From assembly GCA_913061105.1 (NCBI GenBank), contig CAJXVJ010000001.1, forward strand, positions 12,676-76,675: DNA of 64,000 nucleotides. Reading direction: 5' to 3'. The stretch is from an uncultured Alcanivoracaceae bacterium. Its GTDB lineage: Bacteria > Pseudomonadota > Gammaproteobacteria > Xanthomonadales > Marinicellaceae. The notes under the pieces were generated by a model. It worked only from the letters and a program-made list of their open reading frames with translations, did no database searches and was not told the DNA's origin. This document shows positions 1 to 8,287 of this stretch, piece by piece. The position numbers and the translations under genes are program-made. Each line of letters opens with the position of its first letter. Position 1 is the stretch's first letter.

Positions 1-2
1 CC

Positions 3-368
3 GTTTTACCTGCTAGCCTTCAAGGTGAATTAGAACAAATCACAACCTATGCTGTTCCCAATCTCCCCAAGATACCTTGGAATGTTAGTTTTTCAGACTT
101 ACGTGAATTTATCCGCAATCACCAGAAAATCGATGTGGCATATTCGGATGAAAACAAAAAAGAAACAAATCGTACATTGCGACCTTTGGCTTTATTGTTT
201 TTTAATCCGGTTTGGTTACTGGCTGCGTGGTGTGAAAAACGCAGGGATTTTCGTAACTTCAGGCTCGATAGAATTAATAACTTGAGTATCAACGACGAAA
301 AATTTGACGATGACCCATCCAAAAATTTAGCGGCATATCTTGCCACAATTGATGGATATAATAAATAA
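3..368 (+). CDS. WYL-domain transcriptional regulator, C-terminal part (5' end lies outside the window)
   Basis: Frame 3 is open from the window edge to the stop at 366-368. The tail ...RTLRPLALLFFNPVWLLAAWCEKRRDFRNFRLDRI... matches the WYL-domain core of YafY-type regulators as I remember it. Confidence 0.6.
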   Translation, partial: VLPASLQGELEQITTYAVPNLPKIPWNVSFSDLREFIRNHQKIDVAYSDENKKETNRTLRPLALLFFNPVWLLAAWCEKRRDFRNFRLDRINNLSINDEKFDDDPSKNLAAYLATIDGYNK

Positions 369-474
369 AGTCAAGCTAGACAAAAAATATCAGTATCCAT
401 TTGAATTACACTAAAACTGAGCCGAATTATATAAAAGTCATCCGCCCTGTCCTCTCTTATTTATATTAATCAGT

Positions 475-502
475 AAATGTCACATTTTTGTCGTGTTAAA
501 AT
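475..502 (+). promoter_or_regulatory. extended -10 promoter (TGtTAAAAT, 494..502) preceded by the palindrome AAATGTcACATTT (475..487)
   Basis: Read directly from the sequence. The palindrome occupies the -35 region of the XRE-2TM gene promoter. Confidence 0.4.
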
Positions 503-551
503 GAAGGCCAATCTCCTATTATACAGTCAACATCAATCAAGGGTCTTAAAA

Positions 552-1052
552 ATGATTATTAGAAAATTAAGAATTCAAAGAGGTTGGTCTCAAGAACAAC
601 TTGCTGAACTCACTGATGTTTCAGTAAGGACAATCCAACGAGTAGAACAAGGACATAAACCGGGGTTAGAAACAGCCAAAGCATTAGCAACTATCTTTGA
701 GGTTGATGTTGCCTTAATCACTAATGGAGATAACAAAATGAACATAGAAAATAATTTAAAACAAGATGAAGCAGAAGCCATACTTTATGTAAAAGGCATA
801 AAAGAATTCCAGACACACCTGGCATTCTATTTATTTAGCGTAGTAACAATTTTATTTGCCAGCTTATATTCTGGAGCCAGCATGAATCCGGGGTTGATCG
901 GTTGGCAACCAGGGACAATATTAACATGGACATTTATTGGATGGGGTATTGGCCTTTTAATTCATGGTTTAACAGTGTATGAAGTCATTAATTTATTCAA
1001 TTCAAACTGGGAAAAAAGAAAAATTGAAAAACGACTAGGTAGAAAACTTTAA
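552..1052 (+). CDS. XRE-family HTH protein fused to a C-terminal 2TM membrane domain
   Basis: ORF track gives 477..1052. I prefer the ATG at 552, which has AAGGG upstream. IRKLRIQRGWSQEQLAELTDVSVRTIQRVEQG is a classic Cro/XRE HTH. The C-terminal half has two hydrophobic helices and a basic NWEKRKIEKRL tail. Confidence 0.65.
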   Translation: MIIRKLRIQRGWSQEQLAELTDVSVRTIQRVEQGHKPGLETAKALATIFEVDVALITNGDNKMNIENNLKQDEAEAILYVKGIKEFQTHLAFYLFSVVTILFASLYSGASMNPGLIGWQPGTILTWTFIGWGIGLLIHGLTVYEVINLFNSNWEKRKIEKRLGRKL

Positions 1053-1120
1053 TTCTCTTTTTAATAAAAGAGCAGATCATTTCTCACACTAAGGCTCGAC
1101 TGAGATGACTGGAGTTTAAT

Positions 1121-1182
1121 GGTTTATTTTTTATACTTAGTGTTCTTCAATTGCATCATGGTGAGTAGCTTTTAATATTGAT
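1121..1182. repeat. intergenic direct repeat, copy A (pairs with 2256..2325)
   Basis: GGTTTATTTTTTATACTTAGTGTTCTTCAATTGCATCATGGTGAGTAGCTTTTAATATTGAT. It overlaps the ansB stop codon. Confidence 0.6.
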
Positions 1183-2194
1183 TAAAGTAATCTTGAATTT
1201 TTTTTGTATCTTTTGTTTTGGTCAGTGATAACATCAACAATATCCTTGCTTTGTTTGATGGTAAATCATTGGCTATAATAACCGGTGTTCCTTCAGGATT
1301 TGACCCCATTATTCTTCCAGATTTGATGCTTGAAGAAATAACAATGGGTTTATGGGTTGCAGGGTAATTAAATATCTGACCAAGTCCGCTACTCATGCGG
1401 CCTCCAGCAAAAGAACTTATGACCAACCCTTGGTTTGGTCGATCTGTGAAATATGTCAGTATTTTTGGGTCAAAACCAGCAAAATCCTGAACGATGTCTA
1501 TTTTAGGTAAACTGTCTAAGTGATAAACATCGAATTCACTTTTTAGGGTATGCCGTTTGATTGGAGATCGATAAAAAGTCACTTTTTCTGGATCACAAAA
1601 CCCAATATATCCCAGCTCAGTAGAGGGAAATGCATCGACTCTTCTGTTGTTCATCTTCAATAAATCCCTTGCTGCACTGATGTTGTCATTCATGACCACC
1701 AATACTCCCTTGCCAATTGCATCGGGAGATATACCGACTCGTACTGCATTGATTAAATTGGCAGGGCCATCTGCAGAGATTTCATTAGATGAACGCATTG
1801 AACCAACCAGAACAATGGGGACTTTGCTGTGGTGAGTTAGATTGAGAAAGAAGGCTGTTTCTTCCATTGTGTCAGTGCCGTGAGTAATAATGACGGTCTT
1901 AATTTTTGGATTAGCATCTAAAGCACTCTTAATGTGCTTGACCAGTTTAAGCCAAATTGATGGCGTCATCTTAGATGATCCAATGTTTACAAACTCATCA
2001 ACTTCAACAGTTGCGTAATTGTTTAGTTCTGGAACTGCTTGTATGAGCTCATGGCCTTCAATTAATGGAGCATTGGTTTTACTGGCAATTGTGCCACCAG
2101 TAGTGATAATTAGCACATGAGGTTTTGGTGTGTTTTGGGAATGTGACATAGACCAACAATAAAGTAGAATGATTAGGGTTACGATTTTATTCAT
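1172..2194 (-). CDS. ansB: periplasmic L-asparaginase (type II-like)
   Basis: 340 aa with a signal peptide. TTGGTIASK and HGTDTMEETAFFL motifs are typical of asparaginase/glutaminase. Confidence 0.75.
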   Translation of the reverse strand: MNKIVTLIILLYCWSMSHSQNTPKPHVLIITTGGTIASKTNAPLIEGHELIQAVPELNNYATVEVDEFVNIGSSKMTPSIWLKLVKHIKSALDANPKIKTVIITHGTDTMEETAFFLNLTHHSKVPIVLVGSMRSSNEISADGPANLINAVRVGISPDAIGKGVLVVMNDNISAARDLLKMNNRRVDAFPSTELGYIGFCDPEKVTFYRSPIKRHTLKSEFDVYHLDSLPKIDIVQDFAGFDPKILTYFTDRPNQGLVISSFAGGRMSSGLGQIFNYPATHKPIVISSSIKSGRIMGSNPEGTPVIIANDLPSNKARILLMLSLTKTKDTKKIQDYFNQY

Positions 2195-2244
2195 AAGTTA
2201 CGTACGTTCGTTTTTTTCTCTGTTTTATACGTGATATTGGTATT

Positions 2245-2253
2245 ATTGTAGCA
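2245..2253 (-). promoter_or_regulatory. extended -10 promoter element TGcTACAAT for the asparaginase gene
   Basis: The reverse complement of attgtagca lies about 45-60 nt upstream of the ATG at 2194. The same 9-mer recurs upstream of two other minus-strand genes. Confidence 0.45.
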
Positions 2254-2255
2254 CA

Positions 2256-2325
2256 AGTTTATTCTTTTTATACTCTGGGTTCTTCAAGCGCTTCATTGTG
2301 AATTGCTCTTGATTTTAATCTTGAT
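2256..2325. repeat. intergenic direct repeat, copy B (pairs with 1121..1182)
   Basis: AGTTTATTCTTTTTATACTCTGGGTTCTTCAAGCGCTTCATTGTGAATTGCTCTTGATTTTAATCTTGAT, same orientation as copy A, upstream of ansB. Confidence 0.6.
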
Positions 2326-2359
2326 GACCATGCTTGTCTGGTTTATTCAATGAAAACCT

Positions 2360-2545
2360 TTAATATTAAGAATTCAACCTTGACATTGAGAGTACATTCG
2401 TACACTGTTTTGACTGACAAATTATACTTTTCTAGTAAATCTTATAACCATTTCATATATAAACAGGGGTTTTGGTAATGGAAAAGCGTTAAAATTAGGA
2501 ATACAGTCTTGACACTGAGCGTACACTCGTACACTATACTGGTTT
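2360..2545 (+). repeat. two ~57-nt direct repeats 129 nt apart, each carrying TTGACA and GTACAYTCGTACAC
   Basis: Copy 1 is 2360..2416 (TTGACA at 2380..2385). Copy 2 is 2489..2545 (TTGACA at 2509..2514). About 80 percent identical by eye. Confidence 0.65.
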
Positions 2546-2571
2546 TAAATTAAACATTTCTAAAGAACCTT

Positions 2572-2931
2572 ATGGCTACTACATCAAAAAATACAGCGCA
2601 ACCATCAATACGTTTTTTCCATTCGACTGAGTTGAAAGAAAAAACTGATGCCGTGTTATCTGCACTAGAGTCAAACCCAGACTACACAAAACATGGTGAT
2701 GCCATGGCAGACTTGGTTTCCGAACTTATTGATGCGGGGATGGATTATTACTTTGTAAAGGCGCTCAAGCAGGCAAAAATAGGGTTTATCTCTGAGAAAT
2801 CAGCAATGTTGGGTATAGCAAGTGCGGTTAAGCTTATTAGTTCAGTAAGCCGTAAATTTATTGTCCGCATGGATACGAATCAATTAACGGTTGTTGCTAG
2901 TCATATTCAATCGCTTGCTTCCACAAAGTAG
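2572..2931 (+). CDS. hypothetical protein, 119 aa
   Basis: Clean ORF preceded by a duplicated promoter-like module. I recognise no family. Confidence 0.45.
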   Translation: MATTSKNTAQPSIRFFHSTELKEKTDAVLSALESNPDYTKHGDAMADLVSELIDAGMDYYFVKALKQAKIGFISEKSAMLGIASAVKLISSVSRKFIVRMDTNQLTVVASHIQSLASTK

Positions 2932-3128
2932 TTACTATCAATTCTGAATCAAAGTTCAAAATGGTTACTGATAATTAGGTCATTGTTGTTTTCTATGTGG
3001 TGCATAAGAATTTTTTGAATGATGTTTGCCTTTTATTAATTTGATCAATATCATTTTGATCTAACACGTCATAAATTTATTCTAAAATACGTAACAAATA
3101 GATACACAGCTAAATTAACAGAGAAATT

Positions 3129-4184
3129 ATGCAATCACAAACCACGATAAAAACCACCAGGCCTTTATTAATTAAAACAATCACAAGAATCTTACCATTT
3201 ACTGGGCTCTTGTTTTTAACCGCATGTGGTGACGCGGAAAAACCAAACCAAACCAATACCACCTCAACAACCTTAACAACTAATAAAGAGTCAATCAAAT
3301 CAGTGAATTTAGACCTATCATCTGCCCCACTTGAAAAACAAATATTCCTTGGTCTTATCACACCAACAGCGAAGGAAGCCGCTCCTTGCCCATTCCTATC
3401 TGATACAACTGCTGTGGAGACAGCAAAAACCTCTTGGGTTCTTAAGCGTCGTGAAACCTCCAATGAACGCTGTTATTGGTCTAAAAACCAAGGCTTTTCT
3501 ATTAAAGTAACAGTCGAACCATTGGCTACAGCGAAACCTGTGCAGGAGCGTGTTTATAATTTAGAAAGCCCGCCGGTACTGAAAGATCAGCCAGAACCTG
3601 GCAACAACGCGGTTATTTTGTATGACACTGTATGGGATAATGAGCGTCCTTATGCCATGGCTTTTGAACTAGACAACAAACTTGTCTGGATTAGTGTTAC
3701 TGGGATGGCCACTGATGCAAAACGCTTAACCGCTACTGCTAAAGAAGTGGCTGAGAAATTGCCGACTGCACCCAAGCTTGACCAGCGACAAAATAATACA
3801 GATACTTTTAGCCTGTGTTCAACATGGAGCGAAGCCGAAATAGCAGCCATCATCGGCAGCCCTGTGAAAGTGTTGTCGCGAGGACAGGACTGCAAGTGGG
3901 AAGCTGGATCGGAAACAGGTATAAAACATGTAAGTATAACTATTTATGATGGCAAGTCCTACCCATGGGAAAGTGTACTTGAACAAAGAGGGGTCGACAT
4001 TGCTGGTGTTGGTGAACGAGGGGTGATGGAAAGAAAACGAAAAAGAGGCGATGTTCCTGGTTATGTATTATTAAACGTTCTTTATAATGAAAGATTGGTT
4101 ACCATCAGTACCACCGATACCATTGGGGATCATGAGGCCGTGGCACTGGCATTATCGAAAAACATTGACAGTCGATTTAATTAA
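3129..4184 (+). CDS. lipoprotein of unknown function
   Basis: 351 aa. Signal peptide ends in the lipobox LFLTAC-GD. No recognised domain. Confidence 0.55.
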   Translation: MQSQTTIKTTRPLLIKTITRILPFTGLLFLTACGDAEKPNQTNTTSTTLTTNKESIKSVNLDLSSAPLEKQIFLGLITPTAKEAAPCPFLSDTTAVETAKTSWVLKRRETSNERCYWSKNQGFSIKVTVEPLATAKPVQERVYNLESPPVLKDQPEPGNNAVILYDTVWDNERPYAMAFELDNKLVWISVTGMATDAKRLTATAKEVAEKLPTAPKLDQRQNNTDTFSLCSTWSEAEIAAIIGSPVKVLSRGQDCKWEAGSETGIKHVSITIYDGKSYPWESVLEQRGVDIAGVGERGVMERKRKRGDVPGYVLLNVLYNERLVTISTTDTIGDHEAVALALSKNIDSRFN

Positions 4185-4335
4185 CACTTGCTCATTAGTT
4201 CCCTCTCTTGAGGGGATTGAGGTATGAATATTGGTCAACAATAACGCCATGTGTTTCATGGTGATTAGCTTTTGATGTTTATCTCTGTAATCTCGGTGAT
4301 TTATTCTTAATTGTTGCCTGGTTGGGCCATTAATT

Positions 4336-5097
4336 TTATGCCTTGTTGGCTTTAGTTTTTTCGTACCAATCTTTTGCGTTTTGAAATAATATTTTCTTTT
4401 GTTGGTCTGCTGAAAAATTCTCTTTTATCCTTATCAAATGATCATCTGTAAAAGGTTGTTTTGCTCTTGTTGAAGGCAAATCTGTTCCAAACATTAACGC
4501 ATCAGGGTTAATTGAATAAATCTTTTTCATGACAGTAATGGGATTAAAATCCACCCGTCCAAATCCCGTTGCTTTAATTTTCACACCTTTTTCGGCCCAG
4601 TAATACAAATCCATTAATCCCTTTTGAGAAAGTCCTAAATGGTCAATTGAAAATTTTGGAATTTGTTTCAGTACTGATTTCAATTCCTTTAAATCTTTAC
4701 TGTCAACATAGAGTTCCGTGTGCCAACCATAATGATCGTATAGTTTATTTGATAATTCTACCATATTCTTCAAACTTTCAGATCCTCCTCTTTTTAGGTT
4801 GAACCTAACCGCACGGATATTTGATTCGTTTAGTTTTTGTAACTCGCAGCCTTTCATTCCAATTGGAATATTCGCCACTCCAAAATAGTTATTACCGAAT
4901 GTTTTAAGAGCATCAAGTAAGTATTCTTGGTCAAATTTTTGAAAGGATCCTGAAACAATTGCTCCACCAACAATTTCATAATTTTTGACCTTTGCCCGAT
5001 AATTCTCAACTGTAAAATCAGGTGGTAAATATCCATTGTTTTCCACTAAAGGAAATTTCGGGTTGATGATGTGGAAATGTGAATCAAATATTTTCAA
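4336..5097 (-). CDS. amidohydrolase-2 family metal-dependent hydrolase
   Basis: 253 aa. The N-terminal MKIFDSHFHII (HxH metal motif) and C-terminal FGTDLP are typical of the PF04909-type TIM-barrel hydrolases. Confidence 0.6.
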   Translation of the reverse strand: MKIFDSHFHIINPKFPLVENNGYLPPDFTVENYRAKVKNYEIVGGAIVSGSFQKFDQEYLLDALKTFGNNYFGVANIPIGMKGCELQKLNESNIRAVRFNLKRGGSESLKNMVELSNKLYDHYGWHTELYVDSKDLKELKSVLKQIPKFSIDHLGLSQKGLMDLYYWAEKGVKIKATGFGRVDFNPITVMKKIYSINPDALMFGTDLPSTRAKQPFTDDHLIRIKENFSADQQKKILFQNAKDWYEKTKANKA

Positions 5098-5141
5098 TGG
5101 CGATTTAATAGAGTTGTAATCAGTGGTTTTGGTTTGGTTTT

Positions 5142-5150
5142 ATTGTAGCA
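5142..5150 (-). promoter_or_regulatory. extended -10 promoter element TGcTACAAT for the amidohydrolase gene
   Basis: The identical 9-mer lies about 45-55 nt upstream of the ATG at 5097. Confidence 0.45.
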
Positions 5151-5358
5151 CATATATTAAAAACTGTTCTGCCTGCCTTCGCAGATATAATGGAGTGGTT
5201 AATCGCATTTGATCTTGATTTTTACGTTCTTTGCATTAAGCTTTTGATTTTTAACTAATCAAAAATGTTAAAATATGTTTGTTGTTACAATAATTTTATA
5301 GGGCTTGCTTTATGTTCATTAAAAATTTCGATGGTAATTTCTATTGCGCCAATAAGAA

Positions 5359-6012
5359 ATGTTAAATATTACTATTCGTCATTTCACCTTGGGCTTTTTT
5401 CTTTTATTGCCTTATTTTGCACTTGTTAGTGTGGGTTTGATTAGGGCAGAGGGTTCTGGCTGGTTCTTTTTAACTGGTTGGTGTACTGCTTTTATTTTTC
5501 AGGTGTTTTTTCTGGCTGTAAACCAATCTAATAAAAACAGGGCTTTGCCACTTTATAGAGACATAGGTGCTCTTATAGTGCCGCTGATAGTATTAATTAA
5601 ACAATTGGTGTCTGGTGGTGGCTTAATGCTTTATATTATTGAGTTGATGGCGCTTGAGGTTATTGTCTTGAATATTGGGGTCGTGATCACTGTGCTTTTT
5701 ATGGCTAAAAATGATTGGTATGCGGCATTTTTTGGTGCTCTATTCTTTAGTTTGTTTTTAATACCTTCTTTTTTTGGGCTGTATGCTAATTGGAACATCC
5801 TTAATACTGATACCAGTTTGACCAACTTTTATATATTGGCTTTTGCCATTTTAAGTGGTGTCTTTGTTAATATCAGATTTTTGTTATCTGTTGGGAAATC
5901 TGAAATACATTTAAAAGATGTAAAAATCAATAATCCTGCCCTCTTTTTTGTTGGCCAAATTGTGTTGTGGTTTGTCATTATGGTGGCAACTGAGTATTTT
6001 ATAACAAAATAA
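5359..6012 (+). CDS. integral membrane protein, unknown function
   Basis: 217 aa, about six hydrophobic helices, no recognised motif. Confidence 0.45.
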   Translation: MLNITIRHFTLGFFLLLPYFALVSVGLIRAEGSGWFFLTGWCTAFIFQVFFLAVNQSNKNRALPLYRDIGALIVPLIVLIKQLVSGGGLMLYIIELMALEVIVLNIGVVITVLFMAKNDWYAAFFGALFFSLFLIPSFFGLYANWNILNTDTSLTNFYILAFAILSGVFVNIRFLLSVGKSEIHLKDVKINNPALFFVGQIVLWFVIMVATEYFITK

Positions 6013-6050
6013 AAAACACAAATAATATTAACTTTATGGTGTTTGTGTTT
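6011..6050. terminator. hairpin between convergent genes, probable bidirectional terminator
   Basis: AAACACAAA (6014..6022) pairs with TTTGTGTTT (6042..6050). An A-run lies on the left, which is a T-run for the minus-strand serine hydrolase gene. Confidence 0.5.
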
Positions 6051-6087
6051 AGCTTGCTATTTTTAATTCTGGTGTCTCACCTCTTCT

Positions 6088-7737
6088 TTATTGAAGAGGT
6101 TTTTTCTGAAAAATCACATTAAGCGTTCTACCTGAATAAACACTTAAATTTATAACCTCACCTTTTTTATTTCGGTTGAATTTGACGTAAAAGCCCCACT
6201 CTGTTGTAAAAAAGTCTTTGGCAGCTGGCATTAACGCTATCTCACCTAGCCAACGGTGTTTGATTGTTAAGTTTTTGTCTTTGATTATCAAATGATAAAC
6301 GGTTTCTAGTTCATCACTCCAGTAATTTCCTTTAAAAATATTGAGGTCGACTTCATTTGGTGTCCATTTTTCTGCTTTAAAATAGGAATATTTGGCACCA
6401 TCTGTAATTGTTAATTGTGTTTGGTTAGGTGTGTTTTTAAACTGGTATTTGACATCTCGTCCATCCAAATAAAATGTATTTGATGCGGTTGCAATAAGTT
6501 TTGTTTCTCCTTGTACTAACTTGCCTTCTTCGGTGTTTAAATCAAGGGTTCTGTTAAGTGTTTCTGCAACATACAGGCCTTTTAATTGCTCTAATTTTTC
6601 CTGTTTCACATCAATTTGCTCGCGGGCAGTTTTTATTGAAGGTATCATGTGTTTCTCAAGCAATATTTCGGCAATTTTTGATGTGTCTATCCATCCTTTT
6701 CCACCGTAATTTGTTACAGTATAAATACCTAAATCCTGTTCTGGATAATAGCTTAATTGGGTAAGAAAGGCTTCATGGCCGCCCGTGTGTCTGTAGCGTT
6801 TTAAGCCACGGTAGCTTTCATTTTTTATGCCCAAAGCATAATCTGAATTTGTGCCATCATTCAACATAAATGGTTTCAAGAATAACGTGTTAACATTTTG
6901 ACCACCAATTTCTGCTGTTTTGAAATTTTTTATCCACTTAACCATGTCATCAATATTAGAGTAAACTTCAGCTGCCCCAAAAATTGCGCGGTTGCTTTCT
7001 TCATTTTTAAAACCTTGTTTCTCATCATAAGAATAGGATTCTGCTGTATTAATGATTACATCTCCCACATAACTTTCAATCTGGGTATCCTTCATATCCA
7101 ATGGCTTTAAAATATTATCCTCAACCCATTTATCTGCAGGTTGACCAGTGACTTTTTCCAGCACTTCGGCCAATATCACCCAAGCTGTACTGTTGTAGGT
7201 ATAACGAGATCCAGGAATAAATTCTAACTCTGGTTGATTCCTGACTACATCCAAACATTCTTTTCGCGAAAGATGATCAACACCGACTATCCTACCAGCT
7301 AGATTTGACATGGTATAGGCTTCTCGATAACCGCTTGTGTGTGATAGCAGGTGTCTTAAGGTTACCTTGTGTTTGAACTCTGGCCAATCTTGCATGTACT
7401 TACCCACAGGGTCATCAAGGTTTAACTTTCCATCAACGTGTAACATAGCAAAAGCATATCCTAAAAATTGTTTACTCACAGAACCTGTGTTGTAAACCAT
7501 TTTTGGATCATTGGGCATGCCATAAGATATGTTGGCCATACCATAGCCTTTGCTGAATATCAGCTTATCTTTATGGACAATGCCAATGACAAGTCCTGGT
7601 GTCGAATCATTGATTTCAGCTGGAACCAATGCATTTATCTTTGCTTCAAGTTCCTTGTTACCAAGGGCTTTTGCATGAGTTGCTAAAAAGCAAGACAATG
7701 CGATACAGTATATTGTGTAGTTAAGTATTTTTTTCAT
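6088..7737 (-). CDS. serine hydrolase of the beta-lactamase / penicillin-binding family
   Basis: SxxK motif (GSVSKQF) and a YxN-like motif (YTYNST). The internal start MKKILNYTIYCIALSCF gives a signal peptide and avoids overlap with the upstream gene that ends at 7748. Confidence 0.7.
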   Translation of the reverse strand: MKKILNYTIYCIALSCFLATHAKALGNKELEAKINALVPAEINDSTPGLVIGIVHKDKLIFSKGYGMANISYGMPNDPKMVYNTGSVSKQFLGYAFAMLHVDGKLNLDDPVGKYMQDWPEFKHKVTLRHLLSHTSGYREAYTMSNLAGRIVGVDHLSRKECLDVVRNQPELEFIPGSRYTYNSTAWVILAEVLEKVTGQPADKWVEDNILKPLDMKDTQIESYVGDVIINTAESYSYDEKQGFKNEESNRAIFGAAEVYSNIDDMVKWIKNFKTAEIGGQNVNTLFLKPFMLNDGTNSDYALGIKNESYRGLKRYRHTGGHEAFLTQLSYYPEQDLGIYTVTNYGGKGWIDTSKIAEILLEKHMIPSIKTAREQIDVKQEKLEQLKGLYVAETLNRTLDLNTEEGKLVQGETKLIATASNTFYLDGRDVKYQFKNTPNQTQLTITDGAKYSYFKAEKWTPNEVDLNIFKGNYWSDELETVYHLIIKDKNLTIKHRWLGEIALMPAAKDFFTTEWGFYVKFNRNKKGEVINLSVYSGRTLNVIFQKKPLQ

Positions 7738-7747
7738 ATGAGTGTTT

Positions 7748-8278
7748 TTATTTATTAGGTAAATATTGACTTGGAATTGGGTTTTGATCGGATTCACTGG
7801 TCCAGTAGATGTTTATGACCCACCATCTCTGGCCATCATCAAAGAGTTGAATGCTATTAATGCCTCTTGCAAATGGAACGGTGTCTTTTGCTGTTTTGAA
7901 GGACTCATAAGTGCTAAAAACTTGAGTGATACTTCCGAATGTATCGATTTCTCTTTGAATCTCTTTTTCGAAAAAACCCTTTTCAACCAACCACACTCCG
8001 GGGCCATTTATATATTCATCTGGAGTGATATACTTAGCGATGAATCGGCCTTCTTTATTCTTTTGAGTAAAGATGAGTTTGGCATCAGGGTGAAACAGGG
8101 ATTTGAAGAGCGTCCAATCTCGCGCTTCTCCTTTTTCTCCAGAAATAACTGCGTAAAGAGTTGAGATAATCTTATCTATTGAGTCTAGATTGTTGTCCAC
8201 TTTTTTATTAGTTGATTGGCACAAAGCAGTCCATGATAAAACAGATAATACTATAATAAGAATTGAGTTTTTGTTCAT
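7748..8278 (-). CDS. secreted protein, possibly NTF2/SnoaL-like fold
   Basis: 176 aa with a signal peptide. Size and pattern (…RWWVINIYWTSE) suggest a DUF4440-like fold. Weak call. Confidence 0.4.
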   Translation of the reverse strand: MNKNSILIIVLSVLSWTALCQSTNKKVDNNLDSIDKIISTLYAVISGEKGEARDWTLFKSLFHPDAKLIFTQKNKEGRFIAKYITPDEYINGPGVWLVEKGFFEKEIQREIDTFGSITQVFSTYESFKTAKDTVPFARGINSIQLFDDGQRWWVINIYWTSESDQNPIPSQYLPNK

Positions 8279-8287
8279 ATGTTATCG

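Noticed and set aside
2309-2322. FNR/CRP-like half-sites (TTGAT-N4-ATCTT, TGTGA) inside the intergenic repeat copies.
   Set aside because: The second half-site does not match TCAA or TCACA in any copy. The resemblance comes from the repeat consensus itself.
1121-2325. Reading the repeats that flank ansB as integron attC sites or a gene cassette.
   Set aside because: There is no integrase gene in the window. The neighbouring genes have mixed orientation. The repeats are direct rather than imperfect palindromes with R'/R'' core sites.
2405-2420. LexA-box-like CTGT-N8-ACAA inside the first promoter-like repeat.
   Set aside because: The last conserved base is wrong (ACAA, not ACAG). The motif is absent from the second repeat copy. 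No SOS gene is nearby.
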